From Mobula hypostoma (lineage: Eukaryota), in the NCBI RefSeq assembly GCF_963921235.1, contig NC_086106.1, positions 21,762,001 through 21,826,000 on the forward strand: a stretch of 64,000 bases of DNA. Direction: 5' to 3'. Below are positions 11,661 to 23,645 of this stretch, piece after piece; position 1 is the first letter of the stretch, and every line of letters begins with the position of its first letter. A program made the position numbers and the translations under genes. The notes beneath the pieces are model-generated. The model did not search any database. It saw only the letters and a program-made list of their open reading frames with translations, and was not told where the DNA came from.

Positions 11661-14374
11661 CCTTCGGAATTTGGAGACTATTGTGAGTCAATCCTATCGT
11701 TACAAGGGTATCAGCTGCTTAGGTTGTTTGATAAACGTCTTTCCTTACATTTTTCTTGTTTATCTTGAACAAGTCTATGTTGCTGATGACATGCTGTGGT
11801 CCTGCACCACAAAAAAAATAAATAAATAAAAAGGACAATTAACTTTTGGAGGATGGAGAGTTTATGAATGGACACCGTGCATGCTAACCTCACGCATTTC
11901 CTTTCTATTGATACTGTTCTTCAATGTTCTTAGGATCAGGCTCACTTTATTGGTAACTAGAGTCCTTAAGAATCTCCAAGCCCATGGCACTGACACAATA
12001 TAGAACGACACAGAGATGGTAAGCAAGAGAAGGTCAAAATTCTTCTCATGACAGTCTCGTTAATTTCATCGCACTCTGTGTAATATATCTTTTTTTTTTG
12101 TTGTTTGAGCATTTCAGTGAACAATTATCTTAATAGTTCGAACAGCAGACACCAAGACTCATTACGAAAGAAAGCGGGTCCATGCTGGCAGTTCTCAGTT
12201 TCTGCACTAATTACATTATGAAAAGAAAACAGTTAAAACATTTCATCAATTCATCAGGAAATCCTTCCCTTAGAAGGCATAACAATGGGAATAACTGGCA
12301 AACATCATGTATGATGAAAAAGTAATAAGAAATATGCTTGCATGATGTTTTGTATTTGATTTAGATTTTTTTTTTATATTTCGATGATGTTGGCGATTAA
12401 AATGCGTGATCACGTGTTCTACTATGTATGTGTTTCAGAAGTTAATTGAGAATCCACTGTAGAGACGACTCAATTGTCCCACTGTTGAATTCAATTGATT
12501 GATCAAAATGGATCGACAATGGAAAGTTTATGCAGATCTGAAGGTTATTGATGTTGCTCCTCGATAAACTGGAATACGAAGGCAGTAGTATTCCCTGGCG
12601 TATGACATCCTGTTCCTGCACCCAAAATCAGTACTGAGTCTCGAAATCCCGGCAGTTAACTATGAATTAATGGTGAGATGCAATTCAATTCCGGCTCCTC
12701 ATCCAGGTTGATGCATATTCAGAGATCCAATGTATCAGAAAAAAAAAATGTCTTTTTTTTGTAGGATCATAATTATTTCTTTACTGGATGCACATTTTGA
12801 GCGAAGTTTTAAATTTTCAGTAAAACAGAAGCAATTGTGTCATTTTCGATTCATAAATAATACTAAAATGAGCTATGAATTGACCTTGTATTTTAGTGGC
12901 ATTGACGTGGCTCATCATCCGAAACATTTTAACAGTGCTTTTAAAGGAAAAAAAAAATCGTACAAGATCTCTGAGATTCAAAGGGTATAGCATGATGGTT
13001 ATTTGCATTGGGAATGGTTCATATCTATAACATGCTACTGGACATTGATGAGTTAGGTGCAAACAAACTGTCCAAAGTCAATTAGAGAAATAGTAATTGA
13101 AGCTGCGGAGGCGTTTAACAATACCGACTTGATTCGAAAATTGTTAATCCTTAGATCGGAAAATTTTGAATATATGACTCAGTAGTAGATATTTCTAAAT
13201 ATACTTCAACCCTATGTATTCAGGGACTAGAACACAATTTTGTAGCTGAATTGCAACTATTCTATCACAAATAGTCCAGTAAGTCAATTTGAACAATACA
13301 AATAGCAGCGAGGCTGTAGGGTCCTACCGGTCTGCCAGTGCTTTTCATAAAATAGCAATATTTGCTGGAGACTAACGTCGATTATTACCATCTCGTACCC
13401 AACAATATAACTCTAGCCCTCCATGGTTCACAAATCCATCGACTACGACTTTCCGAATCCAAGAATATGATTCCAAGAGTTGCCTATCCAATTATAAATT
13501 TATCACTTAATAGCTGCAATGCAAGTGAGGCACATTCCTGAGCAGAGCATACGGAGGTGAGGCCACGCACAAGATGAACAATGGTAACGAGATGCCCATC
13601 TAAATACAGTAAGTGTAGAGGGAAAAAAAAAACAAAACAAAACAAAACAAAACGAAAAAAAAAACAACAACAACTAAACTCAATATTGGCCTTAAAATAA
13701 ATTCAGAGTATACCTCGGCTAAATATTCCGTAATCAGTTAAACGACGGATTGTTCACAGCAAAACAGGTTTTCCAAGCCTGACGTCGGCAGTTCAATAGC
13801 ATCAAATTACATTTATTATAATAGACGTTGGGACTCTAAGGCGACGTTAATCCTTTATGATGAATGCTGTTGGTTTCATCTCTTTTTTTTTCTATTTTAA
13901 CAGCCCTGTTTTGAGTACAGCCATTGGGGGTGAGATGCGGGAGTGACGTCTCCGTTGCTCATTGGGCAGAGTGAATTAATTCACAGTTGTTGTTGCTTTT
14001 TTTTCATTATTGCTCGATTGCAACGCTGTAACATACCATGTTGCAATTGTTGGGATTCTTTCAAAAGTACTTACTGGAAAATAAAATTAGAGTGTTAATT
14101 GAGATGTTGAATCTCCTTAATGTACCGATAAAGTCAAGACAAGAGAGTGTTTTTGGTGTAATTAAATCTATGTGCTGGGCCTTGAAGCTCATCCGTTATG
14201 TTAATAATAAGGAGTGAAAACTGATAACTCTGCTCATCGCTGATTCCTCAATGTAAGCTGACGCATGTGCGCTCCAGCTTCCCTTCCTGAATCAACGAGC
14301 AGATTTCAGTTTCCTGAGATTGAGAGAGACATTATTTATTGCGACAGCCGTTCAGCAGTTTAACGCTCTCGTTC

Positions 14375-14500
14375 CAGCAAGTGTCGAAAATAAAACGGCA
14401 GGAATACTCCAATATTCGGTCTACATCTGAGAGAAGAGAAGCAGACTGAAGAACCGGGATCTCATCATCAGAACCAGGAAGGAGTAGGCGTGGTTGTTTC
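14375..14500 (-). mobile_element. Degenerate Penelope-type terminal repeat with hammerhead remnant
   Basis: Resembles 15688-15784 family layout; CTGATGA core on minus at 14465-14471 but GAAA absent. Confidence 0.4.
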
Positions 14501-15332
14501 TTCTAGAGTATAACTCAGCTGACCATGGGAATGAGGTGCAAACAAGGTTACTACACAATGCGTGAACAGGAACAATTAGAGAGTGAGAACAATGAAGACT
14601 AATTGAAACCTTGTGAAATGTAGACTATGGAGCCGCATTGTCCGGTTAATTCTATTCACGGAGAATACAAACAGACAATACTAAAAATAAATAAACACTC
14701 CTATACGATATTAGAAATGAACAATTGAAATGGAGCAAGCAAGCAATCTGCAGATTGTTTTTGTGGGAGGGCGAGGAATTTGATGTTGAATCCTGCCATT
14801 TGAAAGCTACGCGACGGAGACGAGATTCAGTTCCTCGGGCATGCGTTGGTATTCAGGATGCTAATTACTAGAAGCTAAGCCTAGATGGAAGAGGGACAGA
14901 GAATTTCCGTTCCGTTCCGTTGTTTTGAATTAAAATCGGCTGTTCTACCAGGAGGTCACCTTATCTGCGTTTGATGCCTCCAATCTTTAGGAGACCACAT
15001 AAATAATATCAAATTCAGTGCATTAAATCAGAAGAAGGACAAATGCTTTGTCCAGACATATTGAATGCGTTCTTTGATAGTGGGTGTAATATGTCAATAA
15101 CTTGGAAGCATTTCTTAATGAAATGATAGTAATGTTTTTGTTAAGTACAATTCCGTTTTCTTTTCTCCCTCAAGCTCTCCGTAAATCTATCAAAGCATTG
15201 TACGTCTAAGATCCTGTTTACAATAAAAGAAAGGAAAACCACACCAACATCACTCGAAATAATATGTTACGAATATTCTGACGTTAGGCGAATTACAGCG
15301 CAATAACTTGTTAAAGAGGAAAGCCAATTAAC

Positions 15333-15404
15333 GGGCACGGACGGGATTTGAACCCGCGATCTTCGGTTTACGAGACCGACGCCTTTCCACTTGGCCACCG
15401 CGCC
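15333..15404 (-). tRNA. TRT-CGT: tRNA-Thr, anticodon CGT
   Basis: Minus strand GGCGCGGTGGCCAAGTGGAAAGGCGTCGGTCTCGTAAACCGAAGATCGCGGGTTCAAATCCCGTCCGTGCCC, 72 nt; acceptor stem GGCGCGG/CCGTGCC; anticodon arm TCGGT-CT-CGT-AA-ACCGA; A and B boxes intact; near-identical to vertebrate Thr-CGT as recalled. Confidence 0.95.
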
Positions 15405-15687
15405 TCAGTAATTGATCATCTATTTAGAACTATAGCAGCATGATTAAAATCGTATACGCTTCATAATATCACGATCTCTGTTTCAGTGATATTGATGTGC
15501 AATTTTACGGTGATGTAACTTTGTAAGAATTGATGTATAGGTCTTCCTCTATGCTGGTTATGTCAGTGACAAATAAGTTTCAGTAATTAGTTGCTAAGTA
15601 TTAGTGGTTACCAGAGGTTTCTTAATTAAATCGAATATCGTTCTATCCATTGCACGACTTGCTGCCAATCCTAAATTACAACGAACA

Positions 15688-15784
15688 ACATACATCAAAG
15701 TTGCTGGTGAACGCAGCAGGCCAAGCAGCATCTATAGGAAGAGGCGCAGTCGACGTTTCGGGCCGAGACCCTTCGTCAGGACTA
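15688..15784 (-). mobile_element. 97-bp Penelope-derived mini-retroposon with 17-bp TSD
   Basis: Perfect direct repeat CTAAATTACAACGAACA at 15671-15687 and 15785-15801; body closely matches the 3' end (51284-51380) of the GIY-YIG-bearing copy. Confidence 0.88.
15748..15783 (-). ncRNA. Minimal type-I hammerhead ribozyme motif, core intact
   Basis: AGUC-CUGACGA-A-GGGU(CUCG)GCCC-GAAAC-GUC-GACU: helix I AGUC/GACU, CUGANGA and GAAA boxes, GUC triplet, palindromic ACGU helix III. Confidence 0.8.
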
Positions 15785-16734
15785 CTAAATTACAACGAAC
15801 AGTTCTCATGCGTAAGAAATTCTGAATCAGAACCACAGAAGAGGGGGCAGGCCAGTCCCTGACGGCATGAGTTTTATCGCGATCCATTATTTGGAAAAAT
15901 TAAAAAAAAAGATCAAAAAATGTACAACTTGAAGAAAATGAAATTCTCTGTTCTCTAGCTTGGTAAGTAATTTGTTATATAATAAACTATGAAGAACTTG
16001 ACGAACATGAAAAAAAAAATGTTACCAATAACAACTTTGGAAACAAACAAGAAAAAAAAAACGAGACATCGTCCAGATACCCGAAGACAGACCAGTTTAA
16101 CAACTCCATCAGTGCACCTTAATGAAGACCTAAACACCTGCTGGTGTGTTACTAGCAGGTGTTCATTATGCCTACTGGGGATATCGATGGTCGGGTTCTA
16201 TTCATCGGCATGGCGAATCAGACTTAAAGTGCCAGCAATTACTGTGATCTAATTTGCTGAAGGCAAAGTCTGAGACCATTAACTCAAAAGGGTATTTTTT
16301 TGTGGTCATTCTGGTAAACTTCAAATAATTAACACAGGTTCTCAGGCTCTCGTCCTTCGTCATAGAGCAAAATCCTGCTGCCACCGACTTTTTTGTATTA
16401 GTCGTACTAGTCAGGTTCAGGCATTGAGAACATTCAGCATCACAATGTCCAGTAGCGAGGCAATAATTTAATGGCGCAATCATAATTACGATGGATTGTC
16501 TGCGACGTGTTGTTTTTTTTTGCCATAAACTGCTAGAGATCTGAGTATTCAGGAAGGTTTCTCTCAATCTCATTCATAGCTTGTCAGAAAGGAAGGTCGG
16601 ACCCAGGTACACATATCTTTATTTTGATCTCGGCTGTCAAGAGAAATGCCTGCTAGTTCTGGGAAACCGATTAAAAACAGACATTCATGCAGTTTCACGA
16701 CCAACTAGAATTATCTTGCTGAAATGAGTCCATC

Positions 16735-17760
16735 ACAGAGGCATATAATGGCGCTCTACCGGGGGTCAGTGTTGGGACCACTTCTTTTTATGCTGTATAT
16801 AAATGATTTAGATGACGAAATAAGTGGCTTCTTGTCAAGTATGCAGATAATATGGAGGTTGGTAGAAGGGCGGGTAGAGTTCAGGAAAGAGGTAGGATGT
16901 ACAAGGATCAGACAGATTAGGAGAATGGACAAAAAGTGGCAAATGTAATATAGTGTTGGAGGTGGCATGGTCATGCACTTTGGTAGTAGAAATGAATGTG
17001 CGGACTATTTTCTAAGCAGGTAGAAAATCCAAAAAATCTGTGAGGAAAGGTTCTTGTGACTCCCTATACACGATTAGCTAAAGGGAAACTTACAGGTAAT
17101 GTCGGTAGTGAGTAAAGCAAACGCCATTTTAACATACATTTTGTGAGGTCCAGAAGGCAAGAGCAGGGATGTTATGCTGAGGTTTTATAAGGCACTGGTG
17201 AGGCCTTACCTCGAGTATTGAGTACCTTTTCTGCCCTTCATGTTAGGAAAGATGTGTTGGCATTGGAGAGGGTGAAGAGAAGGTTTACAACAAAGTTTCC
17301 AGGAATGAAAGGATTATCATACGAGGAAAGTTTAATGGCTCTGGATCTCTACTCGCTGGAATTCTGAAGGATGAGTGGGGATCTCACTGAAACATCTCAA
17401 ATGCAGCAAGGCATGGAGAGAGTCAACGTGGAAAGGTTAATTTCATTGGTTGAATAGTGTACTTTGAAAGGGCACAGCCTCAGGATAGAGGAACGTCATT
17501 TCAAATGACAGATGGGGAGAAATATCTTGAGCCAGAGAGTGGTGAATCTATATAATTTGTTGCCGCATGCATCTGTGGAGGTCTGCTCGCTCGGGATGTT
17601 TAAGGCTGAGATCGATGGGGTTTTGATTAGACGCATCAATGCTTACGGGAAGAAGTCCGAGAAATGGGGTTGAGGAGAAGATCGATAAAAAGTATCAGCC
17701 CTGATTGAATAGAAGAGAAAACTCTAGGGGCCAGATGGCCAAATTCTGCTCCTGTATCGG
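16735..17760 (+). mobile_element. Decayed CR1 3' fragment
   Basis: [18 protein letters not shown] in ORF 16724..16948; downstream CR1 C-terminus and 3'UTR. Confidence 0.85.
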
Positions 17761-17761
17761 C

Positions 17762-18590
17762 TGGCGGAGAGAAGATGAGATGGGGCTAAACAGCGACTCT
17801 TTTGCTTGCATCTCCGGAAACAACTCTATTTCCATCTTTAATATGTTTATTTTTTCCCTATCAGGGTTTTGTTGAAGACCCTGGCTTGGAGTTGGACGCT
17901 GATCTATTCTCTTCGGGAATGGGAACCGTTCTCGGTGTGTGGTTGTTTTATGGCGCGCAAAGTTTTGTTCGGCTTGAGAGTCCGCCTTAAATTCCGAAGC
18001 CTACGATCTCTGTGTTTCGGATACGGGCGAACCGAGGATCAGTGCCATGGCAGGAGACAGGTGTGTCATCGGGGGAGTCGGGATATCTGCTGTGGGCCCG
18101 AAGACCTGGGATCTTCGCGATCTTCAGGGACATAGCTCGAAAAAAAGCGATTTAACGGAATTTCAACATCGTAAATCAGCGAATTGTTTATTATGCATTC
18201 CCGCTCGCTTGGGAGAAAACGGAGACAGCTCGTTAACCGTAATTAGGGAGATAAAGTATCTGCCGTATTTTCAATGCCCGCTGAGATGCAAAGACTTTGG
18301 GGTAATTTTAAGTCTGTGTCTTTGCTATTGTTTTTCTCATGCTGAGTGCTCGGTGGTGATACCCTTACAAGCTTTTTGCTGTTTGAGAGGTAGGGGGATT
18401 GTTGCTTGCTGTCGCTTAGGCGCAGGAGGGAGGGGAACTTAGAGGACGGTGTTTGGTGTTCTTGCGCATATCTGTCGTTCATTCTTCGGGGCACTCCTCT
18501 GTTTGCGTGGATGCTTGTGAAGAAAAAAACAATCATTTCGAAATGAAAATTGTGCACACTTTCTGACATTAAATTGGAACTTTGACCCTA
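17762..18590 (+). mobile_element. Putative non-autonomous retroposon with an L2/Rex-like 3' tail
   Basis: No coding signal; ends TTCTGACATTAAATTGGAACTTTGA, resembling Rex/L2-type tails; assignment from recall. Confidence 0.4.
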
Positions 18591-18699
18591 TGGATATCTT
18601 ATGATCTTCTCGACTTAAGTAATGCCGTACCTGTTTCACTGTAAATGGATTAGGTCACTCTGTACCTGCCTGGACTTTACTAGGGTCTATTTCAATACT

Positions 18700-20870
18700 T
18701 AATGGTGTAAGAGTCTCGCCCAAAAACGATACTTTATAATAACGGAACTGACATAAATATCTATATATATATTTTTTGTTTGTTTGTTTGTTTTTTCGGC
18801 CTTGGCGTACAGCATATTTTCAAGAAGCTGTCTGAGAACTCTCCGGACATGCTGGATGTGTTCACAATGAGAGCGCGAATAGATAAGGATTTTAGCTAAA
18901 TGCACAAACACTAACCAATTCTACATAACCCTGAGTGCAACGTTAAACGAACGGCATCTCCAGGTTCACTTTGCGGCCCTTAGAGGTGTTGAAAACTGAC
19001 CTCTAATTATCTTCCTTCCTTATGCGAGGTAGCCATGTTGTCAAGAGCCGATTATCAATGCCGGGACGGTACTTGACATCTTTTCTTCTCACAGAAAAGT
19101 AATCCTGCGCCTGTCGGAGATATTGGCGGAAGATAAACTCCATGGCCAATGTCTCCATGGCCACCGTTTCAGGACAAGAGAGCGAAAACTGCCGATCCCG
19201 GGGAGGACTACTGCCAAGTAGTACTTTTTATGGCACAACGGCATCCCCTGTATGAGGTCAGCATTCTGGTCTTTATTTAACTTAAGTCCTCAAGGGGATC
19301 TGCATATTCAACCGGAATCCGGATCAGGTCTACATCGTTAGATGATGCAGGAGAGGATTCATGGAGCCCAGCTGAACAGGTAGACAGGCAGACAAACATG
19401 CCGGTCCCCGCTTTTGGAGTGCTTTTAGAGAGCAATACATCTGTGGCTTATGTCGGGAAAATCAGGGGAGGCCAGGTACATGTTCAGCCGAATAAACTAG
19501 ATCCAAAGAGAGTTCTACATCATAGTTGCCTTCGAGGGGTTGTTTGGAAAGAAATCGACAGTCAAGCGGCTTGACTTTGCTCCTTTCTTTCGTTTCCTGT
19601 TTCGTAATTCCACATGAATGAGCTAGAGAGATGTTCATGAAATACCCAGGGGCACTGGAGTTTATATAAGCCTTAAGTTCATTGATCTTATACCTCCACT
19701 ACAGGGAAGTTGGGAGCATTAAATATTTCGTGAAAACTGGCTGAAGAAAGAAACGACCGGTCAGGAACTTTCTCCCTGCTAACGGGTATACTACATCGCC
19801 ACAACAGAGGCAGTAACATCTCCCCGGCGCCGTTTTTGTTGCTCCCGAGACAGACGCTTGAGCACCACTTATATAGCCTCCTCCCGGTGCTCATGTGCGG
19901 GTTGGTGATGGGTAGGAGAGAGGGAGTGGAATAACGGTGATCATAAAAAGCTTGAAACATTATTTTTCTGTGTCACTCTGCTGACGGTCCTCAACCATTA
20001 TTATTCCATTATTAGAGAAGGCAGTAATTAAAGATCTCTTATTCCAAACGTCTTTACTACAGGCGTCCGGAATTCGACTATATTGCCGTTTCTCCAGCTT
20101 GGCATGGGTCCATATGTCGGTGGGCAGCCTGCTTACCCCTTACTGCAAACTCAAAGCCATCCTTAACACTTTCACGGCATCTCTGAACGACTGGACAGTG
20201 CGATAACCTTGCTCCTGTAAAGCGTTGAAGAGGATGAGTGGTAATCTATCCAGAAGTTTTACCATGGCTGACAGTGTTCGTGAATCATTACCAAAACGAT
20301 CAGGTTGGGTTTGAGTTTTCTGTTCGCCTGGGATATGAACATTTCTGCAACCACATATATCACCAGAATATCAGCCTTGTGGTGCTATACTCATTTCCTG
20401 TTCGTAATCTGGAGTCCCTGGCGGACCGAAAGCGGCAATCTGTTGTTGCCCGGGTGTGGTAGAAGGAACAGGAGCATTAGTAGCTGATAGTAGTGCTGGG
20501 AGTCAGACGGGGGCGGCAGAGGTTGCTGTGCTGAGCAAGAGAGCAACCCACAGACACACGAGTCCGGTTGGCTGCCGTGAGCTGTGCAACAGTTGCAGCG
20601 AGGGATAATACCAGTTCCTTCAGACAAAATTCGTTAGCACAAGATTATCTGACTCATTGCTTCCATAACTTCAGTCAGAACAGAATCCAGTGCCTGCAGA
20701 TTGTCCCGAACCTCTCCAATGAATCTTAGGAAACAAGAAAGCTGTTCTTTCGCTCTACTGGGTCGATAGTTCACAGACTTTATTGCGAACAGATATGGGG
20801 GGGGGGGAACAAACAAACATTAGGAGCTTGCTGAAGCAGGACCGTTAAATTAAACTATGCAGTGGAAAAC
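18700..20870 (-). mobile_element. Ty3/Gypsy gag-pol remnant
   Basis: [31 protein letters not shown] (cf. FVYLDDILIFS..HVRQVLQRLLEN); RPGIDNR and EMPF upstream in RT; gag-like region 20000-20500. Confidence 0.8.
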
Positions 20871-21639
20871 GAAATCAACACTACGGCTAAATGCAATAAC
20901 TAATCATAAAACGTATGCCGTTAGTGTTCAGAGTCAGTTGACTGTACAATCCATTCCTCAAGCAAGATCGAATGCAAGCAAGCAACGAAAGGTTATAGTA
21001 ATTTTCTCAAGACTAGACGAGTAGCAAGATAAAAAAGAATGGAGGTAAACACCATCACAGTAAAAAGATAAAAATGAGCAGACACGTGCATATTCGCGAG
21101 CACAATTGCCGTATATGCGCTGCAGAATCCGTGGTTGTTACAGACGTATTATGGGACTGAGCATACGGTCTATAAATAGGTAATTCATGGGTCCTACCGG
21201 GACTACCAAAGAGGAAGGTCTTACGACCTTAGTAATAGAGTCAATTAACAGTAAAACACAGAAAAAGGGCCGTTCTGTTAATCTAGTCGGTGCCGAGCAT
21301 TTAAATTGCCTACAAACATCTACCTACATCAGGGCCATTGATCTCGAAACATGCACTTAGCTAAACTTTTCTCAAAAGTTGTGATAGAGCCTGCATCTAC
21401 CACATATGATCGCAGCTCGTCACACACTCTCAGGAGAGTCTGAATGAAGTAGTTTCTTCCCTTGTTCCCAATAAAGTTTTCAGCTGTTACCCTGATACAC
21501 ATGACATCTCGTCATGGTACCACACAACTTCAATGCAGAAAGCAAGGAGGAGTTCCGTTCACTCTACCTGCTGTGCCTGTGGCTTAACTGCCTTAACAGA
21601 ACGAGATAGGTACAGAGATAGACATACAGAGATACAGAT

Positions 21640-21658
21640 AGAGAAAGATATATATATT

Positions 21659-21714
<56 letters not shown>

Positions 21715-21715
21715 T
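21640..21715. repeat. Compound (TA)n(GA)n microsatellite plus G run
   Basis: Direct reading. Confidence 0.95.
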
Positions 21716-21787
21716 CGGGGTAATATCACTCCGCACAAAAGTCTAAGGGAAATAATTAATTGAAAATAAATATTACTCTAAAACAAC

Positions 21788-22610
21788 CTGACCCTCAACG
21801 TCAGTAAGGCAAAAGAGCTGATTGCGGATTTCAGGTAGGGTAAGACGAAGGAACACTTACCAATCCTCATAGAGGGATCAAAAGAGGAGAGTGTGAGCAT
21901 CTACAAGCTCCTGGGTGTCGCTGGGCATCTAACCAAGTTCCAACACATTGATGCAGTTATAAAGAAGGAAAGGTAGCGCCTATACTCTATTATAGATTTG
22001 AAACGGTTTGGAATGTCAACAAATACTCTGGAAAACTTCTATAGTTGTACCGTGGAGAACATTCTGATAGGCTGCATTACTGTCTGCTGTGGAGGGACTA
22101 CTACACAAAGACTGAATGGAGCTGCAGAAGGTTCTAACTCTAGTCAGCTCCATCTTCGGCACTAGCCAACATGTATGCATGAGTTCTTTAGGCAGCGGTG
22201 TTTCAGAAAGGCAGCGTCCATTATTAAGGACCTCCAGCACACAGAGCTTTCCCTTTCTCACTGTTACCATCAGGTAGGGGATACAAAAGCCTGAAAGCAC
22301 ACACTATGCGATTGCGGATTAGCTTCATATCCTCTTCCATCCGATTGCTGAATGGAATTTGAAGCTTTGGAGACTGCTTCACTTTTATTAATATACAGTG
22401 CTTCTGTTTTTGCACATTTTTAATAATCTATTCAATATACGTAATAGTTTTACGCGTTTACTTATTATTATGCTTCATTTGAATTGTTATTTTTTTCCTC
22501 ACTTCTAGATTATGTAGTGCACTAAACTGCTGCAGCTAAGTGAACACATTTCACGTCACATGCCTGTGATAAGAAACCTTTTTCAGATTCAGAATCTGGA
22601 TTCCAATTCT
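21788..22610 (+). mobile_element. Rex1/L2-type LINE 3' end
   Basis: LNVSKAKELIADFR and NFYSCTVENILIGCI peptides; tail GATAAGAAACC followed by (GATTCA)-like repeats. Confidence 0.8.
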
Positions 22611-22647
22611 AAATTAGATTCATGCATTATACTCAAATTCCTCTAAC

Positions 22648-23240
22648 CGTCACAATGGGGTGCGGGGAACGGACACAAATACGACACGCAGACACAGAAG
22701 GACATGGAAACGGTCCTGACTAGAGTAGTGACGTGACAGAATTCAGACCAGGAGCAGGGACAAGAACACAAACTTGGGCTAGGGAAAGCGGGAGCAGGAC
22801 TAGAAACCATGGACGAGGATACAAGGCTTCGACTCCAGGCCCGAGACTAGACAAGGACCCAAGACATGGGTTTGCCACGAGCTCGGACCCCAGAACATGG
22901 CAAGGACATGACATGGCTTCAGGACAGGACATGGCAGGGATCTAGAGGCCTTAAGTTGGAGACTGGCTGGTGTCTTGCTCTTGGGGCTTGAAGCTGGACT
23001 CTTGGGTCTTGAGCTTGTCTCCAGGCAGGGGTCTTGGGCCTTGAGCTTGTCTGCAGGCTGGGGCCTTGGGTGGTGAGCTCGGAGGCTGGGGACTTCAGGG
23101 TTGTATTCTTGGATCTTGGCTTGGGATCCTCAATGCTAGCGTTCTCGGAGCTTGGCTTGCGATCTTGAGCTTTTCTGCCGGCTGGGGTCTGGGATCTTGA
23201 GCTTGGCTGCCGGCTGGGGTCTGGGATCTTCAGTTTGACT
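22648..23240 (-). mobile_element. Partial copy (3' half) of the TG..CA solo-LTR-like minisatellite family
   Basis: Minus strand ends GTGTCCGTTCCCCGCACCCCATTGTGAC like other copies; internal AAGCCTCAAG-type repeats. Confidence 0.7.
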
Positions 23241-23249
23241 CGATATTGT

Positions 23250-23645
23250 TTCTCCTCATCTCCGTCCTAAATCTCCTCGCCAGAATCTTGAATGTCCCCT
23301 AGTTGTATTCTCACCTACCAATAAAAACAGCTTTTCTACTTCTATATATTCTATCCGTTTCAAAATTTTGTATGTTTCTATAAGAACCCTTCTGATTCTT
23401 AGGAACTCCAGAGAGTATAGTCCGAGAGGAGTCAATCTCTGCTCATAGGTTAACCTCTTCATCCCTGGAATCAAACTGGTGAACCTCCTCTGCACTGCCT
23501 TCAAAATCAGTACATCTTTCCTCCAGTATGGAGACCAGAACTGCACACAGGACTCCAGCTGCGGCGTCACCAGTACCCTGTGTAGTTGTAGCATCACGTC
23601 CCTGCTCTTGAATTTAATCCCTCTAGCAATGAAGGCCAACATTCT
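23250..23645 (-). mobile_element. CR1 RT C-terminal fragment
   Basis: ORF 23256..23672: MLAFIARGI..CVQFWSPYWRKDVL..LGLYSLEF. Confidence 0.88.

Noticed and set aside
12235-12265. CTGATGA..GAAA on the minus strand as another hammerhead
   Set aside because: Helix II has at most 1 bp and no helix I can form
15935-15970. ATGAAATTC..CTTG/GTAAGT as a signal-peptide exon
   Set aside because: In-frame TAG before the donor and no partner exon identified
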